Shown here: one piece after another, positions 20,198 through 28,887 of the stretch | Numbering within the stretch: the stretch's first letter is position 1 | Layout: each line of letters begins with the position of its first letter | Assembly (NCBI GenBank): GCA_963825055.1 | Contig: CAWGSK010000020.1 | Span: forward strand, 1 to 60,972 | Source of the DNA: an uncultured Gemmatimonadales bacterium | GTDB lineage: Bacteria; Gemmatimonadota; Gemmatimonadetes; Gemmatimonadales; GWC2-71-9 | Length of the DNA: 60,972 nucleotides | Direction of reading: 5' to 3' | Translations under genes and position numbers: made by a program | The notes under the pieces: generated by a model | What the model saw: the letters and a program-made list of their open reading frames with translations, nothing else | What the model was told of the DNA's origin: nothing | Database searches by the model: none

Positions 20198-21865
20198 CTA
20201 TTTGCGCTGCTTGACGATGGGCTTGTTGGCCTTGGCACGGAGCCGTTCCTTGGCGAGGTACCATTGCTGGGGAATGCTCGCGGTGTTGCTCACCGTGTAG
20301 TACAGGTTCAGGCCGGACGCGAAGTTCACGAACAGCACCACCATGAACACCGGCATGACGTACAGCATGATCTTCATCTGGGGATTGGGCTCCATCCCCA
20401 TCTGGCCCACCTTGTTGAGCACGTACATCGAGGCGCCCATCAGGAGCGGGATAACGTAGAGCGGGTCCGGCCGGGAAAGGTCCGGCAGCCAGAGGAAGCT
20501 CGCCCCGCGGAGCTCGATGGTGTACCCGAAGACGAAGAAGAGCGCGAACAGCACCGGCATTGGCAGCAGCACCGGCCAGCAGCCGCCCAGCGGATTCACG
20601 TGGTTTTCCTTGTAGATCTCGAAAACCTTCTTCTGCATGACCTGCGGGTTTTCCTTGTATTTCTCCTGGACCTCCTTCAACTGCGGCTGGATGGCCTGCA
20701 TCGCCATGCTGGCCCGCATCGCCTTCTGGTTGAGGGGCCAGAGGATCACCCGCACCCCGATGCCGAAGAGGATCAGCACCCACCCGTAGGCCAGGTGGAA
20801 GTTCTCGTGCATCCAGACCAGCAGCCACCGCACCCCGATCGCCACCGGGCGGATGACGGTGCGGAACCCGGGCCATCCATACGGGTTCACGTCATCGAAA
20901 TCCTGCCCGATGTGCGAGAGGCGCGAGTATTCCATCGGCCCCGCATACAGCATGTAGCTGAAGCGGCCGTCCGCGAGGAGCGGCATGGTCAGTTCGATGT
21001 CGGCGATGTTCGGGTCCTTCCCAGCCGTGGTCGGCGGGGTGGCGGACACAGCGGCGATCCTGGGCTGCGAGGTGTCGGAGGCGAAGACCGCCGTCACGAA
21101 ATACTTGGACTTGAGCGCGACCCAGTCGAACGGGCCCGGCAGGGTCTCGGTGACCCCGGGATCGAGCTTCCGGAGCGGATGGCTGCTGGTACCGTTCTGC
21201 TCGGTCACGATCGCCATCTGGTGGTGATTGTCATTGGAGTCGGCTTCGGTGTTCCGGAGCCCCGGTCCCATGCCAATTGCCAGGGTACCGCCGTTGGGGC
21301 CGATGCCGGTGATCTCCCCCTGCACCCACACCTGGTAGTTGTCCGGCGCGAAGCTGTACTGGAGGGTGACGCCCACTCCGCCACGCTCGGCGCGGAGGAC
21401 GACGGGCTCCCCCGGGCCCCCCGTCAGGGCGCCGGGCGTGAAATGCCAGTCGCGCAGGTCCAGGGTGTCGTTCCCCACCAGCAGCTTCAGAGCCAGCAGG
21501 TTACTCCGACGGAGCAGCAGTTCGACCGGCTGGTCTTTTTCCCCCGGCGCCTGCGACTTGTAGGTCGGCAAGGTCACGTCCACGATCCGGCCGCCCAGGG
21601 TGCTGATGCCGTACTGATAGAGGTCGGTGGAGGCCCGTACGGTGTCCGCCCCCGCAACCGTATCCTCCTCGGCGACGGCGGCCTCCGGCAGCGGGCCGAT
21701 CGGCGCGCTCATCTGCGGGGGCTCGGTCGGGGCCGGTGTCGAGTCTACCATCGCGCCGGGCGCGTTCGGACTCCTCACCGCGCGGCTCGACGGCTTGAAG
21801 ATGAAGCTGGGAACGATGGCGATCACGATCATCAGGATGATCGCCCACAGGAATCGTCGATCCAT
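20198..21865 (-). CDS. yidC: Membrane protein insertase YidC
   Basis: YAGP, NPLGGCWP, FLWLPDLSRPDPLY, SGLNLYY; conserved position next to yidD. Confidence 0.96.
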   Translation of the reverse strand: MDRRFLWAIILMIVIAIVPSFIFKPSSRAVRSPNAPGAMVDSTPAPTEPPQMSAPIGPLPEAAVAEEDTVAGADTVRASTDLYQYGISTLGGRIVDVTLPTYKSQAPGEKDQPVELLLRRSNLLALKLLVGNDTLDLRDWHFTPGALTGGPGEPVVLRAERGGVGVTLQYSFAPDNYQVWVQGEITGIGPNGGTLAIGMGPGLRNTEADSNDNHHQMAIVTEQNGTSSHPLRKLDPGVTETLPGPFDWVALKSKYFVTAVFASDTSQPRIAAVSATPPTTAGKDPNIADIELTMPLLADGRFSYMLYAGPMEYSRLSHIGQDFDDVNPYGWPGFRTVIRPVAIGVRWLLVWMHENFHLAYGWVLILFGIGVRVILWPLNQKAMRASMAMQAIQPQLKEVQEKYKENPQVMQKKVFEIYKENHVNPLGGCWPVLLPMPVLFALFFVFGYTIELRGASFLWLPDLSRPDPLYVIPLLMGASMYVLNKVGQMGMEPNPQMKIMLYVMPVFMVVLFVNFASGLNLYYTVSNTASIPQQWYLAKERLRAKANKPIVKQRK

Positions 21866-21883
21866 GGATCCGGTCGTCAGGGG

Positions 21884-22114
21884 CTAGGGAACGGGGTCAT
21901 GGCCGCCGGGATGAAACGGGTGGCACTTCACCAGCCGGCGCATGCCAAGCCAGGTCCCCCGGATCACGCCGTAACGGGTCACGGCCTCGAGCGTGTACTG
22001 CGAACAGGACGGATGGAACCTGCAGCGCGGCGGGAAGGCGGGCGAGATCGCAACCTGGTAGCCCCGGATGAGCCGGGCCACCGCGCGGCGCGGCAGGAGC
22101 AACAGCCCCGGCAC
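21884..22114 (-). CDS. yidD: Membrane protein insertion efficiency factor YidD
   Basis: [30 protein letters not shown]. Confidence 0.95.
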   Translation of the reverse strand: MPGLLLLPRRAVARLIRGYQVAISPAFPPRCRFHPSCSQYTLEAVTRYGVIRGTWLGMRRLVKCHPFHPGGHDPVP

Positions 22115-22117
22115 CGC

Positions 22118-22471
22118 TCACTCCGCAGGAAAAGTGCGCTCGCCGAAGGCGAGCATGTCACGCCGGAGGTCCCCGAAGGACGCTCCGTAGGCCTCCCGCC
22201 GCGCCCGGATGACCAGGTCCCAGGCCGGCTGCCCTGGCTTCAGGTCGCGACGCCAGATTTCCTTCAGGCGCCGCCGCAAACGATTGCGGGCCACCGCGGT
22301 AGACTGGAATCTGGGTACGATCAGTCCCATCCGTGGGTGGCCCGCTTCATTGTCCGTCCAGATCATGTCGAGATGTCCGGAGCGGCTGCGCCGGCCGCTC
22401 AACAGGCACCGACGGATGTCAGCGGCCGACGCGAGCCGGCTGGCTCGCGGAAGGCCCTGACCCTCCGTCAG
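22118..22471 (-). CDS. rnpA: Ribonuclease P protein component (probable CTG start at 22471; first canonical start is TTG 22402)
   Basis: [19 protein letters not shown] (RNR motif), DLVIRAR; located between rpmH and yidD. Confidence 0.9.
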   Translation of the reverse strand: MTEGQGLPRASRLASAADIRRCLLSGRRSRSGHLDMIWTDNEAGHPRMGLIVPRFQSTAVARNRLRRRLKEIWRRDLKPGQPAWDLVIRARREAYGASFGDLRRDMLAFGERTFPAE

Positions 22472-22629
22472 CGGCTCCCGTGCTTGGACGGGATGGAAAC
22501 GGTCAGCCGTTTCCGCCCCTTCTTGCGGCGACGGGACAGCACCGCACGCCCCCAGCGGGTGGCCATGCGGGCACGAAATCCATGCTTATTGACGCGGCGC
22601 CGGTTGCGCGGCCGATACGACGGTTTCAT
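22468..22629 (-). CDS. rpmH: 50S ribosomal protein L34
   Basis: Read manually: [60 protein letters not shown]. Confidence 0.97.
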   Translation of the reverse strand: MKPSYRPRNRRRVNKHGFRARMATRWGRAVLSRRRKKGRKRLTVSIPSKHGSR

Positions 22630-22688
22630 CGGGGCAATTCCTCCAGTAAGCCCGGGAAGCTACCTCCGCAACAGCATTTCCGTCAAGG

Positions 22689-22717
22689 TTGACTTTTCCA
22701 CATCGGACCGGTAACAT
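22689..22717 (+). promoter_or_regulatory. Sigma70-type dnaA promoter with an embedded DnaA box
   Basis: TTGACT-17bp-TAACAT; TTTTCCACA at 22694-22702 overlaps the -35 and spacer. Confidence 0.75.
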
Positions 22718-22756
22718 CGTCTGCCCTTGCAAGACCCCCACCCCTGTCGAGCACCC

Positions 22757-24142
22757 ATGCAGCTGTCCGCGAAAGACGCCTGGAAACGCATTCTCAACGA
22801 GGCCCATCGCGAACTACCGGAGCATACCGTCCGGACCTGGCTGGAACCCGCCGAGGCGATCGCCATCGACGAAGACCGGCTGGTCCTCGGAGCTCCGGAC
22901 CACTTTGCGGCTGAATGGAATGAGACGAAGCACGCCGACCTGCTGAGCCGCCTGGCCGAGCAGGTGGTAGGGCAACCTACCCGCGTGGTCTTCCAGGTCC
23001 AGGAGGACCGCCAGAAGCGGCCTCAGATGGACTTCTTCGTCGCCCCGCCTCCGGTCCAGGCCGGGGCGAACGGGGGCAAGGCAGGGACCCAGCCGCTCAA
23101 CGAACGCTACACCTTCGATACTTTCGTCATCGGCAAGTCGAACGAGCTGGCCGCGGCCGCCGCCCACGCCGTGGCGGAGGCGCCGGGCAAGACCTACAAC
23201 CCGCTCTTCATCTACGGGGCGACGGGGCTGGGCAAGACCCACCTCATGCAGGCGATTGCTCACACCGTCTGCGAGCGGAATCCGGGCACCCAGGTCCTCT
23301 ACGTCGGCGCCGAGCAGTTCATCAACGAGGTGATCGAGAGCATCCACAGCCGGACCATGCAGGAATTCCGCCGGCGCTACCGGACCGACGTGGACCTCTT
23401 CCTGGTGGACGACGTGCATTTCCTGGAAGGCAAGGAGATGACCCAGGAGGAGTTCTTCCATACCTTTAATGCACTGTATGAGGGAAAGAAGCAGATCGTC
23501 CTGACCTCGGACCGGCCGCCGAAGGAGATGCCGGGCCTGGAGGCTCGGCTGGTGAGCCGGTTCGAGTGGGGCATGGTGGCCGACATCGGCCAGCCGGATC
23601 TCGAACACCGGATCGCCATCCTGCGGAAGAAGCAGGAACAGGACCATCTGGAGCTCACCATCCCGGACGATGTGCTGCGGTTCATTGCCGAGCATGTCCG
23701 GAGTAACGTGCGGGAGCTCGAGGGCTGCATCATCAAGCTGCTGCTCTTCGCCTCGCTCAAGCACCGCGAGGTGTCGATCGAACTGGCCCGGGAGGCCCTG
23801 AGCGACAAGATCAAGCCTGGCGAGGAGCAGGCGGGGACGTCTCCGCAGACCATGCCGTCCATCGCCAAGGTGCAGGAAGTCGTGGCCCGCCGCTGGGGCG
23901 TGACCCCGGAAGGCCTGCGCTCCAAGGCGCGGATCAAGACGCTCACCGTGCCGCGGCAGATTGCGATGTATCTCGCCCGCGACCTGCTCCAGATGCAGCT
24001 CGTGGAAATCGGGCAGGCGTTCGGCGGGCGCGATCACTCCACCGTGATTCATTCGGTGGACAAGGTACAGCGACAGCTGTCGCGGGACCGGACGCTGCGC
24101 GAGCGGATTGACCAGGCGCGCCAGGAGTTGTGCGCACAGTAA
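22757..24142 (+). CDS. dnaA: Chromosomal replication initiator DnaA
   Basis: YTFDTFVIGKSN, YNPLFIYGATGLGKTHL, QEEFFHTFN, RELEG, GGRDHSTV. Confidence 0.99.
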   Translation: MQLSAKDAWKRILNEAHRELPEHTVRTWLEPAEAIAIDEDRLVLGAPDHFAAEWNETKHADLLSRLAEQVVGQPTRVVFQVQEDRQKRPQMDFFVAPPPVQAGANGGKAGTQPLNERYTFDTFVIGKSNELAAAAAHAVAEAPGKTYNPLFIYGATGLGKTHLMQAIAHTVCERNPGTQVLYVGAEQFINEVIESIHSRTMQEFRRRYRTDVDLFLVDDVHFLEGKEMTQEEFFHTFNALYEGKKQIVLTSDRPPKEMPGLEARLVSRFEWGMVADIGQPDLEHRIAILRKKQEQDHLELTIPDDVLRFIAEHVRSNVRELEGCIIKLLLFASLKHREVSIELAREALSDKIKPGEEQAGTSPQTMPSIAKVQEVVARRWGVTPEGLRSKARIKTLTVPRQIAMYLARDLLQMQLVEIGQAFGGRDHSTVIHSVDKVQRQLSRDRTLRERIDQARQELCAQ

Positions 24143-24362
24143 TCGACATGCAGTGTGGGGAGTGTGGGGCGCGGGGGAAGCCTGGGGAGAAGCGGGCGAA
24201 GTTTCCAGAACGCCCACACGCTGTCGACAGGCAGCAGGACCCACAATGGTTGACGCACACGGCAGTTGGCTCAGTGGTCAACATTTCCAGACGCTCTACT
24301 ACTACTACTGAGTATTTCAATAGAGTATCAGTAGTTCACAATAGCCTCCATCGGGGAGCAGC
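24143..24362. other. oriC (dnaA-dnaN intergenic): degenerate DnaA boxes, DnaA-trios and AT-rich unwinding element
   Basis: Box-like TGTGGGGAG, TGTGGGGCG, ACGCCCACA, ATTTCCAGA; then CGCT, CTACTACTACTACT (24296-24309) and AT-rich AGTATTTCAATAGAGTAT. Confidence 0.85.
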
Positions 24363-25478
24363 ATGAAGTTCACGATCGCGCGGGAACACCTCCAGGGAGG
24401 ACTGGTCGATGTCGCCGCCAGTGTACCGGCCAAGACGACACTGCCGGTCCTGTCCAATATCCTTGTCGAAGCCACGAAGGACGGTCTTCGCCTTTCAGGT
24501 ACCGACCTGGACATCGGGGTGAGCACGACCGTGGCCGCCCAGGTGGACCAGGAAGGCGCGATCACGCTTCCGGCCAGGAAGCTGGTCGAGATCGTGCGTG
24601 AACTGCCGAATGCCGCCATCCGGGTCACGGCGTCAGGCGAGCAGCGTGCCACCATCGAGTGCGGCCGCACGAAATTCAAGCTGCTCGGTCTCCCGCGCGA
24701 GGAGTTCCCGGCGTTCCCCACCGTCAAGTTCGATGACGCCTGGAAGATCTCCGCCGGCGACGTGCAGAAACTGATTGGCCACGTGGCCTTCGCCGCCAGC
24801 ACGGAGGAAAGCCGCCCGATCCTGAATGGTGTTCTCTGGGAGCTTCGCCCGGACCGGATGCGCATGGTCGCCACCAACGGCCACCGCCTGTCCCGCATGG
24901 AGATCCCAGTCAGGACCGGCGGCGGGAAGACCGAAGCAGACCTGATCATCCCGCCCAAGGCGCTGGAGCAGATCCGCCGGCTCTTCAACTCGGACGAGGA
25001 GATCGAGATCGCGAAGAGCGAAAACCACCTCGGCTTCCGTTCGGCCGGCACACAGGTCTATACCCGGCTCATCGAGGGGCCATACCCGAATTACGAGCAG
25101 GTGATCCCGCGGGAGAACGACAAGATCGCCACGGTGGACAAGAGCGCCCTGGCCAGCGCGCTCCGGCGCATGAGCATCGTTGCCAGCGACCAGACCCACC
25201 GGATCCGGCTTCAGTTCGGCAACGGGTCCTGCAAGCTCAGTGTCCAGACACCGGACCTGGGCGAGGCACAGGAAGAGGTCACGGTGAGCTACGAGGGCGA
25301 TCCGCTTGAGATCGGCTTCAATGCGGCCTACGTGCTGGAAATCATGAAGTACATCCCGACCGACGAGGTCCGGATGACTTTCAAGGGCCCCGAACGCGCC
25401 GCAACCTGCGAGCCGGTGGGGTGGGATGATCCGAGCAGTTTCCTGACGCTGGTAATGCCGCTGAGATTGGTAGACTGA
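24363..25478 (+). CDS. dnaN: DNA polymerase III beta sliding clamp
   Basis: LPVLSNIL, GTDLD, ATNGHRL, RLIEGPYPNYEQVIP, IGFNAAY, LVMPLRL. Confidence 0.98.
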   Translation: MKFTIAREHLQGGLVDVAASVPAKTTLPVLSNILVEATKDGLRLSGTDLDIGVSTTVAAQVDQEGAITLPARKLVEIVRELPNAAIRVTASGEQRATIECGRTKFKLLGLPREEFPAFPTVKFDDAWKISAGDVQKLIGHVAFAASTEESRPILNGVLWELRPDRMRMVATNGHRLSRMEIPVRTGGGKTEADLIIPPKALEQIRRLFNSDEEIEIAKSENHLGFRSAGTQVYTRLIEGPYPNYEQVIPRENDKIATVDKSALASALRRMSIVASDQTHRIRLQFGNGSCKLSVQTPDLGEAQEEVTVSYEGDPLEIGFNAAYVLEIMKYIPTDEVRMTFKGPERAATCEPVGWDDPSSFLTLVMPLRLVD

Positions 25479-25482
25479 ACTG

Positions 25483-25584
25483 CGGTAAACGGTGAACGGT
25501 AAGCGGTGAACGGGAAAAGCCCCGCACGGAGAGATGTCAAACGTGTGAGGCTCTCTCCGTTCACCGCTTACCGTTCACCGTTCA
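25483..25584. repeat. Inverted GTGAACG heptamer arrays between convergent dnaN and mtgA (possible bidirectional terminator)
   Basis: taaacgg tgaacgg taagcgg tgaacgg ... ccgttca ccgctta ccgttca ccgttca; near-perfect 27-bp inverted repeat. Confidence 0.88.
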
Positions 25585-26434
25585 TGCTGTCCGGCAAGGA
25601 GATTCCCGGCAGGACGGGAGGCGGAGGGGCCTCTGGGATGTCGTCCTGCCTGGGAATCTCGACTCGATAGTCTCCATGCAGCCTTCTGAGGATCAGGTTC
25701 TGCCGCCAGCGCATCCGGCCGGGGCGATGCCCCGGGTTGCTCGAGAGCGGGAAGGGCAGGGTCGCCGCCAGGGCAGCCGCCTCTGATTCATTGAGCGTCC
25801 GCGCCGGGTGGCCGAAGTACTTCCGGCTCGCCGCCTCGAAGCCCCAGACCCCGTCGCCCAGTTCCACCACGTTGAGATAGAGCTCCAGGATCCGGTCCTT
25901 GCCCAGCGCCGCTTCCAGGTGCCAGGCCGTGATGGCCTCCTTCACCTTCCGGAGCGGGTTCCTGCTGGGGGAGAGGTAGAGATTCTTGGCCAGCTGCTGG
26001 GTGATTGTGCTCGCGCCGCGGAGCTTGTCCCGGTCCCGCCAGGCGCGACGGAGCAGGGGCCACAGGGCGGCGCGGTCCCGCGCCGAGTGCAGGTCGAAGG
26101 TGTCCCGGCGGTAGCCCAGGGCGTTGAGCAGGGCCAGGTAGTCGATTCCGCCATGATTCCGGAAGCGCTCATCTTCTCCCGTCATGGCGGCCAGTCCGGC
26201 GACCTTCGCGATGGAGTCCATCGGCACGGGACGATACCGCTCGACGCGCGCGGTGTCTGACTGGCGCTGCCGGAGGGCCATGAACGCGGTCTCCCGGGGC
26301 CAGTGCGACCGGTACCAGAGTGGGGGTGGCCAGACGAAGAACAGCCAGGACATGAACAGCAGAAGCGCGCCGACCACGATGCGCAGGCTGATGCGCAGGA
26401 GTCGCCGGCGGGGTTGCGCAGGAGGGTTGCTCAG
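25568..26434 (-). CDS. mtgA: Monofunctional peptidoglycan transglycosylase (start uncertain: CTG 26434 or GTG 26377)
   Basis: EDERFRNHGGID, GASTITQQLAKNLYL, RKVKE, ILELYLN. Confidence 0.9.
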   Translation of the reverse strand: MSNPPAQPRRRLLRISLRIVVGALLLFMSWLFFVWPPPLWYRSHWPRETAFMALRQRQSDTARVERYRPVPMDSIAKVAGLAAMTGEDERFRNHGGIDYLALLNALGYRRDTFDLHSARDRAALWPLLRRAWRDRDKLRGASTITQQLAKNLYLSPSRNPLRKVKEAITAWHLEAALGKDRILELYLNVVELGDGVWGFEAASRKYFGHPARTLNESEAAALAATLPFPLSSNPGHRPGRMRWRQNLILRRLHGDYRVEIPRQDDIPEAPPPPVLPGISLPDSMNGER

Positions 26435-27309
26435 GGCAGGCGCTGGAGGGTGTAGTGGCCCTTTACCGTCATCGGCACCGTCTGACCGACCTCGGGCAGG
26501 GTGATCACCAGCCGGACAGAATCGGACACGCTGGCGGTGAGGAGCCGGCCGTCGACAGTGATCTCATGCGTTCCGCGGGCCAGGCCGCCTCCGCCGATAT
26601 CCATGGCCTGACCGAACTGCTCTCCACTCCCCTGGACGGTGTAGCTCGCCAGGCTCGTGAGGGGAAGAACCTGCTCGCCCCGTTCCATCTGCCATCCGCC
26701 CGCGGCATAGCTGGCGTTCCGGTCTTCGGTCGCCTGTACGGCGGGAATGAGCTGCCAGGGTCGGCTGGTGGAGTCGGTCCACGCCTCCCCGCTCCGGACC
26801 CCGCCGCCCGGGAGCACCGGGAAAAGCCGGGCGAACACGGTTCGGAGCCGCTCACCGTAGGCCGACGAGCGATCAGGCTCGAACTCGCTCAGGTGGCCTG
26901 ACGGTGCCAGGTGGCCGGTCCAGCGTGTGCCGCGAGCGCTGTCGGCCAGGGCCCGGGTGACCGCGCCCATGCTGTCCACCCAGAGGGTGTCGAGACCGAT
27001 GTCGATGCGGTACCCGCCCGACGCCTCCGGGAAAACGGCAATCGTGACCTCGGCGCCACGGTACAGCTGCTGCACCTGGAGCGCGCCGTCCGGGAGCTCC
27101 GTCGTCACGGTGTCCGTGCTCATCACGGTGTAGCGCGCCGGCGGGGCCGTCGAGAAGAGCACTGACCGGCCGGCCGGGGGCGCGTCAGGAGCCTCCGGTA
27201 CCGGCGCGACCCCGACGGGCCGTGACGGACCACCGCCCCCGCCAGCACCGGAAGAGGCGCAGGCGAGGGCGGTGAGTGCTGCGACCACCGGCAGGAGCCG
27301 GCTGGTCAT
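26431..27309 (-). CDS. Hypothetical beta-rich lipoprotein
   Basis: LTALAC lipobox; similar to the neighbouring gene. Confidence 0.8.
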   Translation of the reverse strand: MTSRLLPVVAALTALACASSGAGGGGGPSRPVGVAPVPEAPDAPPAGRSVLFSTAPPARYTVMSTDTVTTELPDGALQVQQLYRGAEVTIAVFPEASGGYRIDIGLDTLWVDSMGAVTRALADSARGTRWTGHLAPSGHLSEFEPDRSSAYGERLRTVFARLFPVLPGGGVRSGEAWTDSTSRPWQLIPAVQATEDRNASYAAGGWQMERGEQVLPLTSLASYTVQGSGEQFGQAMDIGGGGLARGTHEITVDGRLLTASVSDSVRLVITLPEVGQTVPMTVKGHYTLQRLP

Positions 27310-28085
27310 GGCATCGTCGAGACGTTCATGGTCATCTGGACCGTGACCGGGATGGCGTCCGGTGCTGCCCCGGTGATGGACAACTCCGCCGAGCGCTCGA
27401 TCATCCCACCCAGGTACTTGCCCTTCTGGGTCACGTAGAAGGTACCGTGACCGCTCCCGGTCCCGTCCATGTTGAATGATCCGCCGGGGTTGTTCACCGT
27501 GCCTGCCTGGGAGAATGCGAACGCCGTCTCCACCTTCAGCGCGCTGGCCCCGTCGCGATTCTCGGTTCCGGTCACGCTGTAGTTCGTGATGGTGTTCGTG
27601 GTGGACTTGCTGGCGTCACTCTCATTCGTGGTACTGGAGGTGTCGCTCCACTTGTCCCCGACCTTGGTCCCCGGACGGAGCCGCGGGAAGAAATCGGACA
27701 TGATGCCCTGGAACTGCGCCGCCGCCACGTTGTCGGTGGGGCCGTTCAGGTTGGTGATCTTGTTGTCAGGCCCGACGAGCCCTGTCCAGGTACTGCCCCT
27801 GGCGCTGTCCTGAATGGCCTGGGAGATCTGGGGGACGCTGTCGGCAGTCATGGAGTCCAGCACCGCCCGCATGGCCCGCCCGCCAGTGGTGTCGGTGAGC
27901 GTGACTGTGAAGAACCCGGCCATGAGCACGTGGTTCCGCTGCTCTGCCCCTCCCACTCCGCTCAGGTCAACCACGCTCGTCACGTCCAGGTTCACCTTGT
28001 ACTTCGTCGTTTCCGGGGCGCGGGAGGCACCGGAGAAGAGCATGCTGCCGGCCACGAGGGCCAGCGCGATCGGTCGTCCAGCCAT
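27306..28085 (-). CDS. Hypothetical secreted beta-rich protein, paralog of the downstream gene
   Basis: GAGG SD, signal peptide, shared DSARG.WTG and FP.L..G..W.D motifs. Confidence 0.8.
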   Translation of the reverse strand: MAGRPIALALVAGSMLFSGASRAPETTKYKVNLDVTSVVDLSGVGGAEQRNHVLMAGFFTVTLTDTTGGRAMRAVLDSMTADSVPQISQAIQDSARGSTWTGLVGPDNKITNLNGPTDNVAAAQFQGIMSDFFPRLRPGTKVGDKWSDTSSTTNESDASKSTTNTITNYSVTGTENRDGASALKVETAFAFSQAGTVNNPGGSFNMDGTGSGHGTFYVTQKGKYLGGMIERSAELSITGAAPDAIPVTVQMTMNVSTMP

Positions 28086-28131
28086 GGAGTTACCTCGTTT
28101 GCAGGAAATTTCGCAGCCGCGCCGGCGATCC

Positions 28132-28347
28132 TCAGTGGCGGCGCGTCCGGCCAAAAACAGCAATCAGTTCCCGGGCGTCGCTCTGGACTTGGAGCAGCCG
28201 CCAGCCTTTGCGCAGCATCTCCGTCCTCCAGCCGGCCAGTTTCTCCCATTCCCCCGGCGTGGCGCGGAAAACCCGCATGTCTGCCACCCGTTCCCAGTCC
28301 GCGGGATAGGGTCGAGCCGCGGAGGGCGCCAGATCGTGGTCGGTCAT
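28132..28347 (-). CDS. Small hypothetical protein (71 aa)
   Basis: GGAGG-type SD upstream; GWRLLQV...AVFGR; lies directly downstream of rnpB. Confidence 0.7.
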   Translation of the reverse strand: MTDHDLAPSAARPYPADWERVADMRVFRATPGEWEKLAGWRTEMLRKGWRLLQVQSDARELIAVFGRTRRH

Positions 28348-28445
28348 TATCCCTCCTCCCCTCCCGGTTGCCGAAAGATAATCGGGCCCTGTGCGGGGGA
28401 GAAAACGGACCGGCCCGGGCGCCTGTGGGGGCGCTCCGGGCCGGG

Positions 28446-28799
28446 GGACACGGCCGTAAGCCGAGTTCTGTTCGTCCCGAGGGACGGATGGTCATCTATC
28501 TACGATGGCTGTCGCCAGCCACCTCCAGCGGCCTACCCGCGGCTCGAACGGTGTGGGCCACACCTCGCCGCCTATTTGGCCTTGCTCCGGCTGGGGGTTA
28601 CCGTGCCGCCCCTGTTGCCAGTGGCGCGGTGGGCTCTTACCCCACCATTTCACCCTTACCCACCTTGCGGCGGGCGGTCTGTTTTCTGTGGCCCTGTCCG
28701 TCGCCTGTTTGGCGCCCAGGCGTTACCTGGCAGCCTGCCCGTTGGAGCTCGGACTTTCCTCGGAGGCCCGAAGACCCCCGCGACCATCGCACCGCGTCC
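28446..28799 (-). ncRNA. rnpB: RNase P RNA (bacterial type A)
   Basis: GAGGAAAGTCCGAGCTCC, GGCCACAGAAA, GGGTGAAATGGTGGGGTAAGAGCCCACC, GAGCAAGGCCAAATAG, ACAGAACTCGGCTTA; P1 GGACGCGG/CCGTGTCC. Confidence 0.96.
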
Positions 28800-28887
28800 G
28801 TGAGTGGAAGATAACCCTTCGACAGGGCGGACAAGACGGACAGGCGGTAGCAGCCGACTGCCACTCCCTGCTCCCTGCCCAACTCCC

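Noticed and set aside
22471..22629. Thermus-style rnpA starting upstream of and reading through rpmH
   Set aside because: In-frame TAA at 22586-22588 closes the rnpA frame
19631..22714. Long antisense ORFs (1027 aa here; also 11137-13743, 37965-40757, 1044-2354)
   Set aside because: Shadows of real genes on the opposite strand, expected in high-GC DNA; no recognisable motifs
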